From an uncultured Verrucomicrobiota bacterium (GTDB lineage: Bacteria > Verrucomicrobiota > Kiritimatiellia > CAIKKV01 > CAIJXV01), in assembly GCA_964497135.1 (NCBI GenBank), contig CAZCDO010000002.1, positions 1 to 61,529 on the forward strand: 61,529 nucleotides of DNA, in the 5' to 3' direction. How positions within the stretch are numbered: the first letter of the stretch is position 1; each line of letters begins with the position of its first letter. The notes beneath the pieces are model-generated. The model was not told where the DNA came from and ran no database searches. It saw nothing but the letters and a program-made list of their open reading frames with translations. The position numbers were made by a program, and so were the translations under genes. This document shows, in pieces, positions 7,953 through 16,403 of this stretch.

Positions 7953-10900
7953 ATGTTGCTTATCACACCCCTCGGTCGGGCCTGCATGCTTTTAGCATTA
8001 TTATTGATGACCATTACTTTGGGGGTCACACCGACCCAAGCCCAGGAAGATCTGACGACCTGGAATAAACGTATGCCGATTACACTATCCGGCTATACCC
8101 CTCCGGCCGTGGCCGAAATGCTCACCAATTTCCCGGTTCAGGTCGTTTTCAGCAATACTACCGCGGGCGCTGGATTCAGCTATTCCGACTTCCTTGTGCC
8201 GCCCTATGGCGATCTACGGTTTTCCATCGCCTCAAACGGTCCCCCGTTGAATTATGAGGTGGAAACCTGGAATACCAATGGCAAATCCTATGTCTGGGTG
8301 CAGGTTCCCGCGGTCACCGATGCGACGACTAAAATTTGGGCTTTCTGGAGCAAAAGCGCATCGCAGGCGGCTTACACCACCAATGGCGCGACCTGGTCGA
8401 ACGCCTACATCGGCGTCTGGCACATGGGCACCAACACCTCGGCCATGGTCGATGCCAGTCCCACCCGGCGCGGGAGTACTGTGTCCGGAACCATTGCCTC
8501 TGTTCCCGGCATGGCGGGTAATGCCTGTGACTTCACTCCGACCGCCTATTTCGCAACCTCTAATAATTTTCCCGCCTTGTCCGGGGCCTACTCGATCAGC
8601 GCCTGGATCAACATGGACGCCAATGCGAGTAATAACATGGCGATTGCCGGTGCGCACAATGGCAATAATTTCGTTTTAGCGCTGACCGGCGCCGTTCGTC
8701 ATTTATCGTTTTATGCAAGCGGGCCCCTCTGGCGGACCAGCAGCAACACCATCCCCAGTGGCGTTTGGAAACACGTCGCCTATACGCGTTCCGCGACCAC
8801 CGGCGTCTTCTATGTGGATGGCGTACGGGTATTTGCCGTGACGAATGCCGTGGCCAGCCTCGCGGGCGGATCGCTCTATCTTGGGGCCGGGGGGGCAAAT
8901 TGGATAAATCCGTTCGACGGTCAGATCGATGAGGTGCGCATCTCCACGATTGACCGCAGTTCCAACTGGCTGGCCGCCGCCTATCAAAGCCTGGCCAATA
9001 GCGCCTTCGTTTCCTATGGCGATCCCGACGACGGCGGACGGCCGTTGATTTCCAACGGCGTCGCCACGGTCGATTTTACGCCCACCGCCACCCTCAATGG
9101 CACGCTGGCCTCAACCGGTTCCGGCTCGGGTACCAAGGTTCTTGTTTTCTGGGGACCAGCCGATGGCGGCGCGAATTACGGCGGCTGGGCCAATACCAAT
9201 CAATTGGCAGAAGGCACCCCGGTCGGACCGCTCAGCGTCGTGGTCACCGGCAATCTTGGGGCGACCTATTATTATCGCTATTACGCCACCAACTCACTCG
9301 GGGATTCCTGGGCCAATCCGTCCATCCCCTTCACCATCGGATTGCTGCCCGTCACCAAAACCTGGAGCGCCACGGCCGGGTCTGACAGCAATTGGTTCAC
9401 CGACGCCAACTGGACCCCCTCCGGAGCGCCGTCCACCGGGGATGTGGTCTTGATCGACAGTTCGATCTCCACGATCATCAACGTGTTGTTGACCAATTCC
9501 ACCGCACCCCTCGGCGCCCTGATTATCTCCAATCGATATCTAATCAGCTCAAACTGGACCACCGCCATCAATGCCACCAATATCATCCTGCGCAATGCGG
9601 GTGTTTTCACCCTTCCTTCCGCCTTCACCAACAACCAGATGTCGAACCGGGTCTGGGTCGTCTGTTCCAACCTGATCGTGCATACTGGCGCCACCATCAA
9701 CGTGGACGCGCTGGGCTTTGCGAACGGAAATGGACGGGGCGCGGGATCCAGCGGAACGGGCGGCAGTGGCGCAGGATATGGCGGCAAGGGCGGCTTGGGG
9801 GCCTCCGCAACCGCCATCGGCCTGCCCTATGGATCCACCAACGCCCCACTTGATCCGGGGAGCGGTGCGCCGCCGTATCAATTGGCTAATTCGGGACATA
9901 ATGGAGGGGGTGCGGTGCGGATTCAAGCCACGGGCAAGGTCATTATTAATGGGTTGGTATCCGCCAACGCCGGGTTTGTGGCGTCGCCGAATCCTGGAAA
10001 TTATGCCTCGGGCGGATCCGGGGGATCCATTTATATCTCGTGTGATTCTTTCGGTGGCACCACCAACGGCATCATCCGCGCCAATGGCGGAAGCGGCGGA
10101 AGTGTCGGGGGCGGCGGCGGCGGTGGACGGATCGCCGTCGATTTTCAGAATTTAGAGGGAACACCGGGTGTGCGCTGCTCGGCCAACCGCGGCGTCACCG
10201 GATGGCAAACCGTTGATGTCAATGCGCCGGCGGAAGCGTATGCCCCTGAAATGGGCACACTCTGGTTCTCTAATCCGGACCTGATGGACAAAGCGATCAG
10301 CGCATGGTCCGGCAGCGGCTTGAATGCCTTTTACGGATCTATCCATTTCGGCTCGACCAACCAGTGGATGCCCAACAATCTGGTGATCAGCAATTCAACC
10401 CTGGCCATTCCTGGCGGTAACAACTGGACCTTTTCAAATGGCCTGACCCTGGTCTCCGGTGGCCTGATCATCCCCACCAATGCCTCAATCCAATGCCTGG
10501 GTAATTTACTGATGACAAACAGTTCCACGTTGATCGTTTATGGAGGGCGGACCAATACCGCCAATTCGGCCGGAACCCTGTTGACCGTGACCGGCACGTT
10601 ATCGATCGCCACCAACTGCTGGATCTATCCCTTCTCTGAATCGACCAATGGCGGTTCGGTTCGGTTTGTGGTGGGCGGCAACTTGATCGTCCAAGCCGGC
10701 GGCGGTGTCAATGCCTATGGCCGCGGCTTTGCCTATGGCACCGGCTATGGCAAGGGCACCAGCAATGCCGGCGGCGGACATGGCGGCAAAGGGGGTGACG
10801 GCGGAGTCGCGGGCGGCAGCCCCTACGGCGTAACCAATGCGCCCCGGCATCCGGGCAGCGGCGGATCCCGTTACCAAAACTCGTTACAGTACATCACGGC

Positions 10901-12809
10901 CAACAACGGCGGCGGCCTGATCTGGTTCGAGGTCACGGGTGATGCGATCATCGATGGCACCCTGAACGCCAACGGCGCGTTCGGCGCCAGTCCAGCGAAT
11001 TATGGCGCCGGTGGCGCGGGCGGCGGTATTTTTATGTTATGCAACACCTTGACCGGCGCATCATCCGGCAAAATGCTGGCCGATGGCGGAACCGGCGGAA
11101 CTTCGGCCGGCGCCGGCGGCGGCGGGCGGATTTCGGTCGGCGTCGGCCTTTCGGAAACCGACCGGCAATCCATTTTGGCCAATACCGTACCAACGGGTTT
11201 GGACATCTACTATCAGCATGGGACCTATCTCGGCTCGATTTCAGCGGCCACCAACGGAACCGGCCAATATAAATCGCCGCCCAACGGCGCCATGCCCGGC
11301 ACCGCCCAGTTCATGAAAACCGTTGCGGCCAATATCAGGACCGTCACGATCAGCGCCAGTCCGGCCCAGTATGGCACCCCGTATACCAACATTTATGGCG
11401 CCTGGTCCGTCCCCCTGAATACGGTTTTCACCAACACCGTGACCTCGCCCGCCAACGAATTGAACGGCCTGCGCCGGGCCTGCATCGGCTGGCGCCTGAC
11501 CGAGACAGCCAACAGCAACCTCGTCGATGCGCAATCCACCACCCAGGCGGTGTTCGGGGTTTATACCAATTTGACCCTCACCTGGTTCTGGACCAATGAA
11601 TACCAGTTGGCTATCGCTGCCGGACCGTATGGCAGCGTCAACTCCGGCTCCAAGAATGGCTGGTACACCAATGGAACCAGCGTTTCCGGCCTGCTGGCAA
11701 CTCCCGACCCGAATTATTATTTTGCCGGTTGGCTGGGCGGCGATGTGCCCTATGGTCAGGAGACCGTCAATCCGATGACCGTTATTCAGGATCGCCCCCG
11801 GTCCAATATCCTGGCGGTTTTCGCCACAACCAGTGGGACAACCCGCACTTGGACCGGACAGGCGAACTGGCTAAGTCCCACCAACTGGTCGCCGGAAGGT
11901 GTCCCGGGCTCCAATGATGCCATTATTCTCAAATCAGGAACCTCGCTCGTCAGCATCGCATCAACCATCAACAGTCTGCTTATCAGCAATGGTGCGACTC
12001 TTGTTTTCTCGAACTGGAACACCTGCCTGACCGTTGCCGGCCCGGTAACCGTCTGGAGCAATGGCTTCCTCTCGCTCCCAGGGGCTTTCGCCACCAATCA
12101 GATGTCAAACCGGATCTGGATTGCCTGCACGGACTTCACCCTGCACACCGGCGCCATGGTCAATGCCGATGCCTTGGGGTGGGCCAACGATAACGGCCCC
12201 GGACGGGGAATCAGCGCAGTCGGTTCCAGCGGCGCCGGATACGGCGGCAAAGGCGGCAATGGCGGGGGTGGGCCCTTGGGCGGCAATCCCTACGGCTCGA
12301 CGAATGCCCCCACCGATCCCGGCAGTGGCGGTCCGACTTATGGCGGATCGGCGCAATATCTCGGCCACCATGGCGGAGGAGCGATCCTGATCCAGGCATC
12401 CGGAAAAATGACCCTTAATGGAACGGTATCGGCCAATGCTGCACGTTTGACAAGTCCCGCGCCGGTCAATTATGCGGGCGGTGCATCCGGCGGCAGTATC
12501 TTCCTGATTTGCGGCTCGTTGACCGGAGGTACCAATGCCTCCCTGCTCGCAATGGGCGCCAATGGCGGCACCTCCGGCGGCGGCGGTGGCGGGGGACGAG
12601 GCGCAGTCTGGGTCGGGGTTCGCGAGGAATCCCGCAGTCGATATTTGGACGGCATCGAGGGCCGGGTGACCCGTTCTGAAATTGCTCCGGTATCCTATCG
12701 TGGCGTTTTTTCCGTCACGAATGGAAGCGGATGGCAAAGCGGCAACTTGGGGACTTTCTTTTTCTTCTCCGAACCGCCGGATCGGGGCACCATTTTTACA
12801 ATTCGCTGA
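7953..12809 (+). CDS. Giant secreted surface protein: signal peptide, DUF2341, LamG/concanavalin-like domain, and three glycine-rich beta-helix-like modules
   Basis: Internal ATG at 7953 gives a signal peptide (MLLITPLGRACMLLALLLMTITLGVTPTQAQ). The DUF2341-like segment reads WNKRMPITL...DLRFS...YEVETWNTNGKSYVWVQVP. LamG-like motifs are GVWHMG...FDGQIDEVRIS. Three paralogous modules of about 225-250 aa follow. Confidence 0.85.
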   Translation: MLLITPLGRACMLLALLLMTITLGVTPTQAQEDLTTWNKRMPITLSGYTPPAVAEMLTNFPVQVVFSNTTAGAGFSYSDFLVPPYGDLRFSIASNGPPLNYEVETWNTNGKSYVWVQVPAVTDATTKIWAFWSKSASQAAYTTNGATWSNAYIGVWHMGTNTSAMVDASPTRRGSTVSGTIASVPGMAGNACDFTPTAYFATSNNFPALSGAYSISAWINMDANASNNMAIAGAHNGNNFVLALTGAVRHLSFYASGPLWRTSSNTIPSGVWKHVAYTRSATTGVFYVDGVRVFAVTNAVASLAGGSLYLGAGGANWINPFDGQIDEVRISTIDRSSNWLAAAYQSLANSAFVSYGDPDDGGRPLISNGVATVDFTPTATLNGTLASTGSGSGTKVLVFWGPADGGANYGGWANTNQLAEGTPVGPLSVVVTGNLGATYYYRYYATNSLGDSWANPSIPFTIGLLPVTKTWSATAGSDSNWFTDANWTPSGAPSTGDVVLIDSSISTIINVLLTNSTAPLGALIISNRYLISSNWTTAINATNIILRNAGVFTLPSAFTNNQMSNRVWVVCSNLIVHTGATINVDALGFANGNGRGAGSSGTGGSGAGYGGKGGLGASATAIGLPYGSTNAPLDPGSGAPPYQLANSGHNGGGAVRIQATGKVIINGLVSANAGFVASPNPGNYASGGSGGSIYISCDSFGGTTNGIIRANGGSGGSVGGGGGGGRIAVDFQNLEGTPGVRCSANRGVTGWQTVDVNAPAEAYAPEMGTLWFSNPDLMDKAISAWSGSGLNAFYGSIHFGSTNQWMPNNLVISNSTLAIPGGNNWTFSNGLTLVSGGLIIPTNASIQCLGNLLMTNSSTLIVYGGRTNTANSAGTLLTVTGTLSIATNCWIYPFSESTNGGSVRFVVGGNLIVQAGGGVNAYGRGFAYGTGYGKGTSNAGGGHGGKGGDGGVAGGSPYGVTNAPRHPGSGGSRYQNSLQYITANNGGGLIWFEVTGDAIIDGTLNANGAFGASPANYGAGGAGGGIFMLCNTLTGASSGKMLADGGTGGTSAGAGGGGRISVGVGLSETDRQSILANTVPTGLDIYYQHGTYLGSISAATNGTGQYKSPPNGAMPGTAQFMKTVAANIRTVTISASPAQYGTPYTNIYGAWSVPLNTVFTNTVTSPANELNGLRRACIGWRLTETANSNLVDAQSTTQAVFGVYTNLTLTWFWTNEYQLAIAAGPYGSVNSGSKNGWYTNGTSVSGLLATPDPNYYFAGWLGGDVPYGQETVNPMTVIQDRPRSNILAVFATTSGTTRTWTGQANWLSPTNWSPEGVPGSNDAIILKSGTSLVSIASTINSLLISNGATLVFSNWNTCLTVAGPVTVWSNGFLSLPGAFATNQMSNRIWIACTDFTLHTGAMVNADALGWANDNGPGRGISAVGSSGAGYGGKGGNGGGGPLGGNPYGSTNAPTDPGSGGPTYGGSAQYLGHHGGGAILIQASGKMTLNGTVSANAARLTSPAPVNYAGGASGGSIFLICGSLTGGTNASLLAMGANGGTSGGGGGGGRGAVWVGVREESRSRYLDGIEGRVTRSEIAPVSYRGVFSVTNGSGWQSGNLGTFFFFSEPPDRGTIFTIR
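9408..10146 (+). repeat. Intragenic coding repeat, glycine-rich module 1
   Basis: NWTPSGAPSTGDVVLI...NQMSNRVWVVCSNLIVHTGATINVDALGFANGNG...GAGYGGKGG...YGSTNAPLDPGSG...GGGAVRIQATG...GGGGGGGRIAV. It aligns along its whole length with modules 2 and 3. Confidence 0.75.
10478..11148 (+). repeat. Intragenic coding repeat, glycine-rich module 2 (most diverged)
   Basis: ...GGNLIVQAGGGVNAYGRGFAYGTGYGKG...GGHGGKGG...YGVTNAPRHPGSGG...NNGGGLIWFEVTG...GAGGGGRISV. The motif order is the same as in modules 1 and 3. Confidence 0.7.
11883..12620 (+). repeat. Intragenic coding repeat, glycine-rich module 3
   Basis: NWSPEGVPGSNDAIIL...NQMSNRIWIACTDFTLHTGAMVNADALGWANDNG...GAGYGGKGG...YGSTNAPTDPGSGG...GGGAILIQASG...GGGGGGGRGAV. 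This is the closest paralogue of module 1. Confidence 0.75.
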
Positions 12810-12922
12810 AAGCTCTCCAGACGCCTGCCGGACTTTGACGGCACCAAAGACCGGCAGAAGCCGACCAACCACTCTGTTTGTGCCCGCATGCCATTTTTCG
12901 TTGGGCACTGGCCCCGATTCAA

Positions 12923-12951
12923 CCTAGATTCGGCAGTTCAAAGAGTTTTGA
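12923..12951. repeat. Right arm of the perfect 29-bp inverted repeat
   Basis: cctagattcggcagttcaaagagttttga is the exact reverse complement of 7489-7517. It lies 113 nt after the giant gene stop. Confidence 0.9.
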
Positions 12952-12990
12952 ATTGCTCATTTTAGGTTCAACCCCGGCATCCGATTGACA

Positions 12991-13019
12991 TTGACTTGCC
13001 CCGCCCAGGATTCCATACT
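12991..13019 (+). promoter_or_regulatory. Sigma70-like promoter candidate for the CNNM-hpt-hflX operon
   Basis: TTGACT (12991-12996), a 17-nt spacer, then CATACT (13014-13019), about 70 nt upstream of the ATG at 13092. Confidence 0.3.
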
Positions 13020-13091
13020 GCGTTCCTATTATGAATATTTTGGCATCCATTGTTCGACAACGCCTGATGTGTTGTCCCACCTGATTCTGCC

Positions 13092-14363
13092 ATGACCTCC
13101 CTGATTGTCCTTGAAATTACCATTCTCGTTGTGCTTCTGGCCCTATCGGCCTTCTTTTCCTGCGCCGAAACAGCCTTTTTCTCGCTGAATCCCGTTCACA
13201 TCCATCGAATCCGCCGTTCCAAACCTGGCATCGCTCGCGCCATAGAAGCCCGTCTCGCCACCCCCACCCATTTGCTCTCAACCTTGCTGATCGGCAATAC
13301 CCTCGTCAATGTGGCCACCGCCAGTCTGGCCTTCGTTATCGCCGATCAGATGTGGCCCGGATATGGTGCCCAAATCGCAATCCCCACCATGATGCTCATC
13401 ATCATCGTTTTTGGTGAGGTGCTCCCCAAACGCCTCGCGGTCCGCCATCCCGAACCGATCGCGGCTGTGTCCCTGCGTTCGATCAGCATCGCCATCACGC
13501 TCCTCGCCCCCCTGCGAAACCTCCTCGAATGGATCACCCGCTCGCTTGAAGGGTCCTTCAAGCCCCGGCGGAGAGCTCTGTCCGGGGAGGATCTGATGGC
13601 CGTCGTCGATGTGAGCCATACCGAAGGAGTTCTCAATCCTGAGGAACGCGCCATGGTCGACGGCATCCTTCGCCTCGAAAACATCCAAGCACGGGATGTC
13701 ATGACCCCACGGGTCGACCTGATCGGCGTCGACATCAACGGCGATCTGAACGAACAGATCGCCATCGCCCGCAAATATCACTTTCACTACCTGCCCGTTT
13801 TTCGTGACTCGCTGGATCACATCGAAGGGTTCCTTGATGTCCCCAAATTCTTGCTCGCTCCCCAACCTGATCTCAAAACCGCCATGCTCCCCCATTTCTA
13901 TGTCCCCGATACCGCCACCCTCGATTCGCTCCTGACCACCTTCCACCAGCAAAATCGTCGCCTCGCCATCGTCATCGATGAATATGGCGGCACCGCCGGC
14001 ATGATCACCCGCGGCGACATTCTCGATGAAATCGCCGAGTCCGTCAGCAATGAGTTCGGCGGATCGAATCCGGATATCCAACCCCAAGGCATCAATCGCT
14101 GGCTTGTGAACGGCAATACCAGCGTTGAAGAAGTCAATTACGAACTCGACCTGCACCTTGAAGCCGAGGGGGTCGATCGCATCGCCGGTTGGTTTACCTA
14201 TCATACCGAACACGTGCCGCGTATCAACGAAACCCTCGAAATTCAATCTTGCCGCGCGACCGCCAAGGAAGTCAAAAAACACAGGATCACCCGCTTGTTG
14301 ATCGAACGCATTGAACCCAGCGACGAGCCCGCTGACGAGCATGAGCCGGATGTCGAACCATGA
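13092..14363 (+). CDS. Hemolysin/CNNM-family protein (DUF21 transmembrane domain + CBS pair + CorC_HlyC)
   Basis: 423-aa ORF. The DUF21 N-terminus reads LLALSAFFSCAETAFFSL...LLIGNTLVN. A CBS pair and a C-terminal transporter-associated domain follow. Confidence 0.9.
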   Translation: MTSLIVLEITILVVLLALSAFFSCAETAFFSLNPVHIHRIRRSKPGIARAIEARLATPTHLLSTLLIGNTLVNVATASLAFVIADQMWPGYGAQIAIPTMMLIIIVFGEVLPKRLAVRHPEPIAAVSLRSISIAITLLAPLRNLLEWITRSLEGSFKPRRRALSGEDLMAVVDVSHTEGVLNPEERAMVDGILRLENIQARDVMTPRVDLIGVDINGDLNEQIAIARKYHFHYLPVFRDSLDHIEGFLDVPKFLLAPQPDLKTAMLPHFYVPDTATLDSLLTTFHQQNRRLAIVIDEYGGTAGMITRGDILDEIAESVSNEFGGSNPDIQPQGINRWLVNGNTSVEEVNYELDLHLEAEGVDRIAGWFTYHTEHVPRINETLEIQSCRATAKEVKKHRITRLLIERIEPSDEPADEHEPDVEP

Positions 14364-15328
14364 CCTTGATCATCATTCTCATCTTCATCCTTTGCTTCAT
14401 CGGAAACGCCTTTTTTTCCGGCATCGAAACCGGCGTTATCGCCTGCCATCGCATTCGCCTTCGGGCATTGGCCGACAAAGGGATTCGCTCCATGGCGATT
14501 TTGGAGTTTTTCCTGGCCCACCCCGACCGTCTTCTGAGCACCACCCTCGTCGGAACCAATATTTGCACAATCACTCTGTCCGTCCTTGCCGCCCGTTTCG
14601 GTTCAGAGATGGGCTCATGGGGTGAAGTGGTCGCCGATATCCTGATGACCATCGTCATCCTCGTGTTCTGCGAATACATCCCTAAGGCCTGGTTCCAAAG
14701 CGATCCCATCGAACGTGCGGGGCCTTTCGCCTCAACCCTCTGGCTGGCGGCTCTCGTCCTTCGCCCCCTCACCTACGTGATCACCCAAATTACAAATATA
14801 TTCCTGCCCTCCTCCCTTAATCAACCCAGCACCCCCCGTCCCCTCATCTCCCGTGATGAAATTGATCTCCTCGCCATGGAAAGCGCCGACCGCGGCATCC
14901 TTTCTCCCCGTCAGCGCATTATGATCCACCGGGTCGTTGAACTCACCGGAAAAATGGCGGCTCAAGTCATGATCCCCCGTGCGCGGATGGTCGTCGTTCA
15001 ACACTCAACCCCCACCCGTGATTTCCTCAATCTGACCCAGCAATCCCACTTCACCCGCCTTCCCGTCTGGGACGACTCGGCTAAAAAATTCATCGGTATT
15101 GCCAATCTCTTCGATATCCTCGCCCTCGACCCCACCCAATATGAACGACCCATTGCCGATTTCATGCGGCCGCCCCAATTCATCAATGCCACGACCCCCC
15201 TGACTGAAATTTTTCCCCGGATGCGATCCTCCCGTCAACCCATGGGTCTTGTTATCAACCCTCAATCGGAAGTCGTCGGCGTCTTGACCACCGAAGACAT
15301 CCTTAATCATATTGTGGGAACCGCATAA
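14360..15328 (+). CDS. DUF21 + CBS-pair membrane protein (CNNM paralogue lacking the CorC_HlyC domain)
   Basis: 322-aa ORF with an ATGA overlap with the upstream gene. Motifs GNAFFSGIETGVIA and TTLVGTNICTI are present. The protein ends straight after the CBS pair. Confidence 0.85.
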   Translation: MTLIIILIFILCFIGNAFFSGIETGVIACHRIRLRALADKGIRSMAILEFFLAHPDRLLSTTLVGTNICTITLSVLAARFGSEMGSWGEVVADILMTIVILVFCEYIPKAWFQSDPIERAGPFASTLWLAALVLRPLTYVITQITNIFLPSSLNQPSTPRPLISRDEIDLLAMESADRGILSPRQRIMIHRVVELTGKMAAQVMIPRARMVVVQHSTPTRDFLNLTQQSHFTRLPVWDDSAKKFIGIANLFDILALDPTQYERPIADFMRPPQFINATTPLTEIFPRMRSSRQPMGLVINPQSEVVGVLTTEDILNHIVGTA

Positions 15329-15855
15329 TGCCGTTCTTCTCCAATCCCCGGCCATCTCCTTTTCACCGGACACCACCGGCCGGCCTCTGCTGGGTGTGCA
15401 CCCGCCATATCGGTCCCGCCCTCTCCTGCCCCTATTGCGATGCCGCACAACCCTTCCGCTCTGTCCGCATCGCGTTCCGTCTCATCGCCCTCACGCTCGC
15501 CGTCTCCGGTCTCGCTGCCCTGCTCGTCGCCGCCCGACAGCACCCGTCCCTGCCCGCCACCCCCATCGCTCAACTCAACCCCCACGCCCCTTTCACCACA
15601 GTCCGGATTGAAGGGCGTATTGAACGGAGCTCCTCCCGCACCAACCTCGTCCCGATTCACCGGCTGCGCGATGAGTCCGGAACCATCCGGATTTTTATCG
15701 ACCGTGCCATCGGGCCTCATCCGGACTCACGCCTCGGTCCGCTTCGCAATGGGCAGCCCCTCGCCATTCTCGGTTCCGCCGCCCTCGATTCCCGGAATCG
15801 GCTGGTTTTTTACGGATTGAAATGGTCCCGGCCAAACCCTATCACGTCCCCATGA
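15328..15855 (+). CDS. Hypothetical membrane protein with a Cys4 zinc-ribbon-like N-terminus
   Basis: 175-aa ORF overlapping its neighbours by 1 nt and 4 nt. It has CWVCTRHIGPALSCPYCD, one hydrophobic helix (IAFRLIALTLAVSGLAALLVAA), and a beta-rich C-terminal part that could be OB-like. I did not recognise a family. Confidence 0.55.
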   Translation: MPFFSNPRPSPFHRTPPAGLCWVCTRHIGPALSCPYCDAAQPFRSVRIAFRLIALTLAVSGLAALLVAARQHPSLPATPIAQLNPHAPFTTVRIEGRIERSSSRTNLVPIHRLRDESGTIRIFIDRAIGPHPDSRLGPLRNGQPLAILGSAALDSRNRLVFYGLKWSRPNPITSP

Positions 15856-16403
15856 AATCATCCCCTACCTCCCATTTCCCCATTTTGATTTCCGCCCGAA
15901 GCATACAAAGGCGCATTCCCCAACTCGCCCGCCTGATTCAACAGGCCTTCGCCAACGACCCCCATTGGGCACTGATCTCCATCCTCAACGGCAGTTATGT
16001 TTTTCTGGCCGATCTCGGTCGTGCCCTCCATAAACGGGGACTCACCCCGCCCATCGATTTCCTCGCTTTGTCCAGCTACGGAGCCGGAACCCGTTCATCC
16101 GGCCGGATCCGGGTCGAACGCCTTTTTACCCTCGATATCCGCAACCGCAATATTCTGGTGGTCGACGATATCCTGGACTCCGGCCGCACCCTGGCACAGG
16201 CCCGCAATCTGCTCAAAGCCCGGGGAGCCCGCTCGGTCCGCGTCTGTGTTCTCCTTGATAAACAGACCCGCCGCAAGGTTGAGGGTAAGGCCGATTTCGC
16301 CGGTTTCACCATCCCCGATCACTTCGTCGCCGGGTATGGGCTCGATCGGGATGGACACTTTCGGAATTTGCCCCATATCGTCGACCTGGATCCCCCCTTA
16401 TGA
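15852..16403 (+). CDS. hpt: Hypoxanthine phosphoribosyltransferase
   Basis: ATG at 15852 overlaps the upstream stop (ATGA). The PRPP-binding motif ILVVDDILDSGRTL and a C-terminal GYGLD motif are present. Confidence 0.9.
   Translation: MKSSPTSHFPILISARSIQRRIPQLARLIQQAFANDPHWALISILNGSYVFLADLGRALHKRGLTPPIDFLALSSYGAGTRSSGRIRVERLFTLDIRNRNILVVDDILDSGRTLAQARNLLKARGARSVRVCVLLDKQTRRKVEGKADFAGFTIPDHFVAGYGLDRDGHFRNLPHIVDLDPPL

Noticed and set aside
12744-12809. C-terminal sorting signal (PEP-CTERM or similar) on the giant protein (…GNLGTFFFFSEPPDRGTIFTIR)
   Set aside because: There is no PEP motif followed by a hydrophobic helix and a basic tail, and the tail is too short and polar. I cannot support any known sorting signal.
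12105-12908. 267-aa minus-strand ORF spanning the 3' end of the giant gene and its downstream spacer
   Set aside because: It is antisense to glycine-rich module 3, so its Pro/Ala/Gly-rich translation simply mirrors the Gly codons. No independent signals support it.
7489-12951. Classical IS or composite transposon interpretation of the 29-bp inverted-repeat-flanked unit
   Set aside because: There is no transposase or recombinase gene inside or adjacent, and I could not find a target-site duplication. I kept it as an unexplained inverted-repeat-bounded cassette rather than calling a mobile element.
13278-14342. 354-aa minus-strand ORF. Other antisense ORFs of the same kind: 16670-17539, 17821-18561, 19960-20739, 22950-23753, 23868-24545, 28610-29863, 33732-34703, 38523-39359, 43565-44200, 45244-46038, 49357-49971, 55497-56159 and 58629-59942
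   Set aside because: Each one is fully nested opposite a gene with strong family signatures. None shows a recognisable domain. High GC content suppresses stop codons on the antisense strand.
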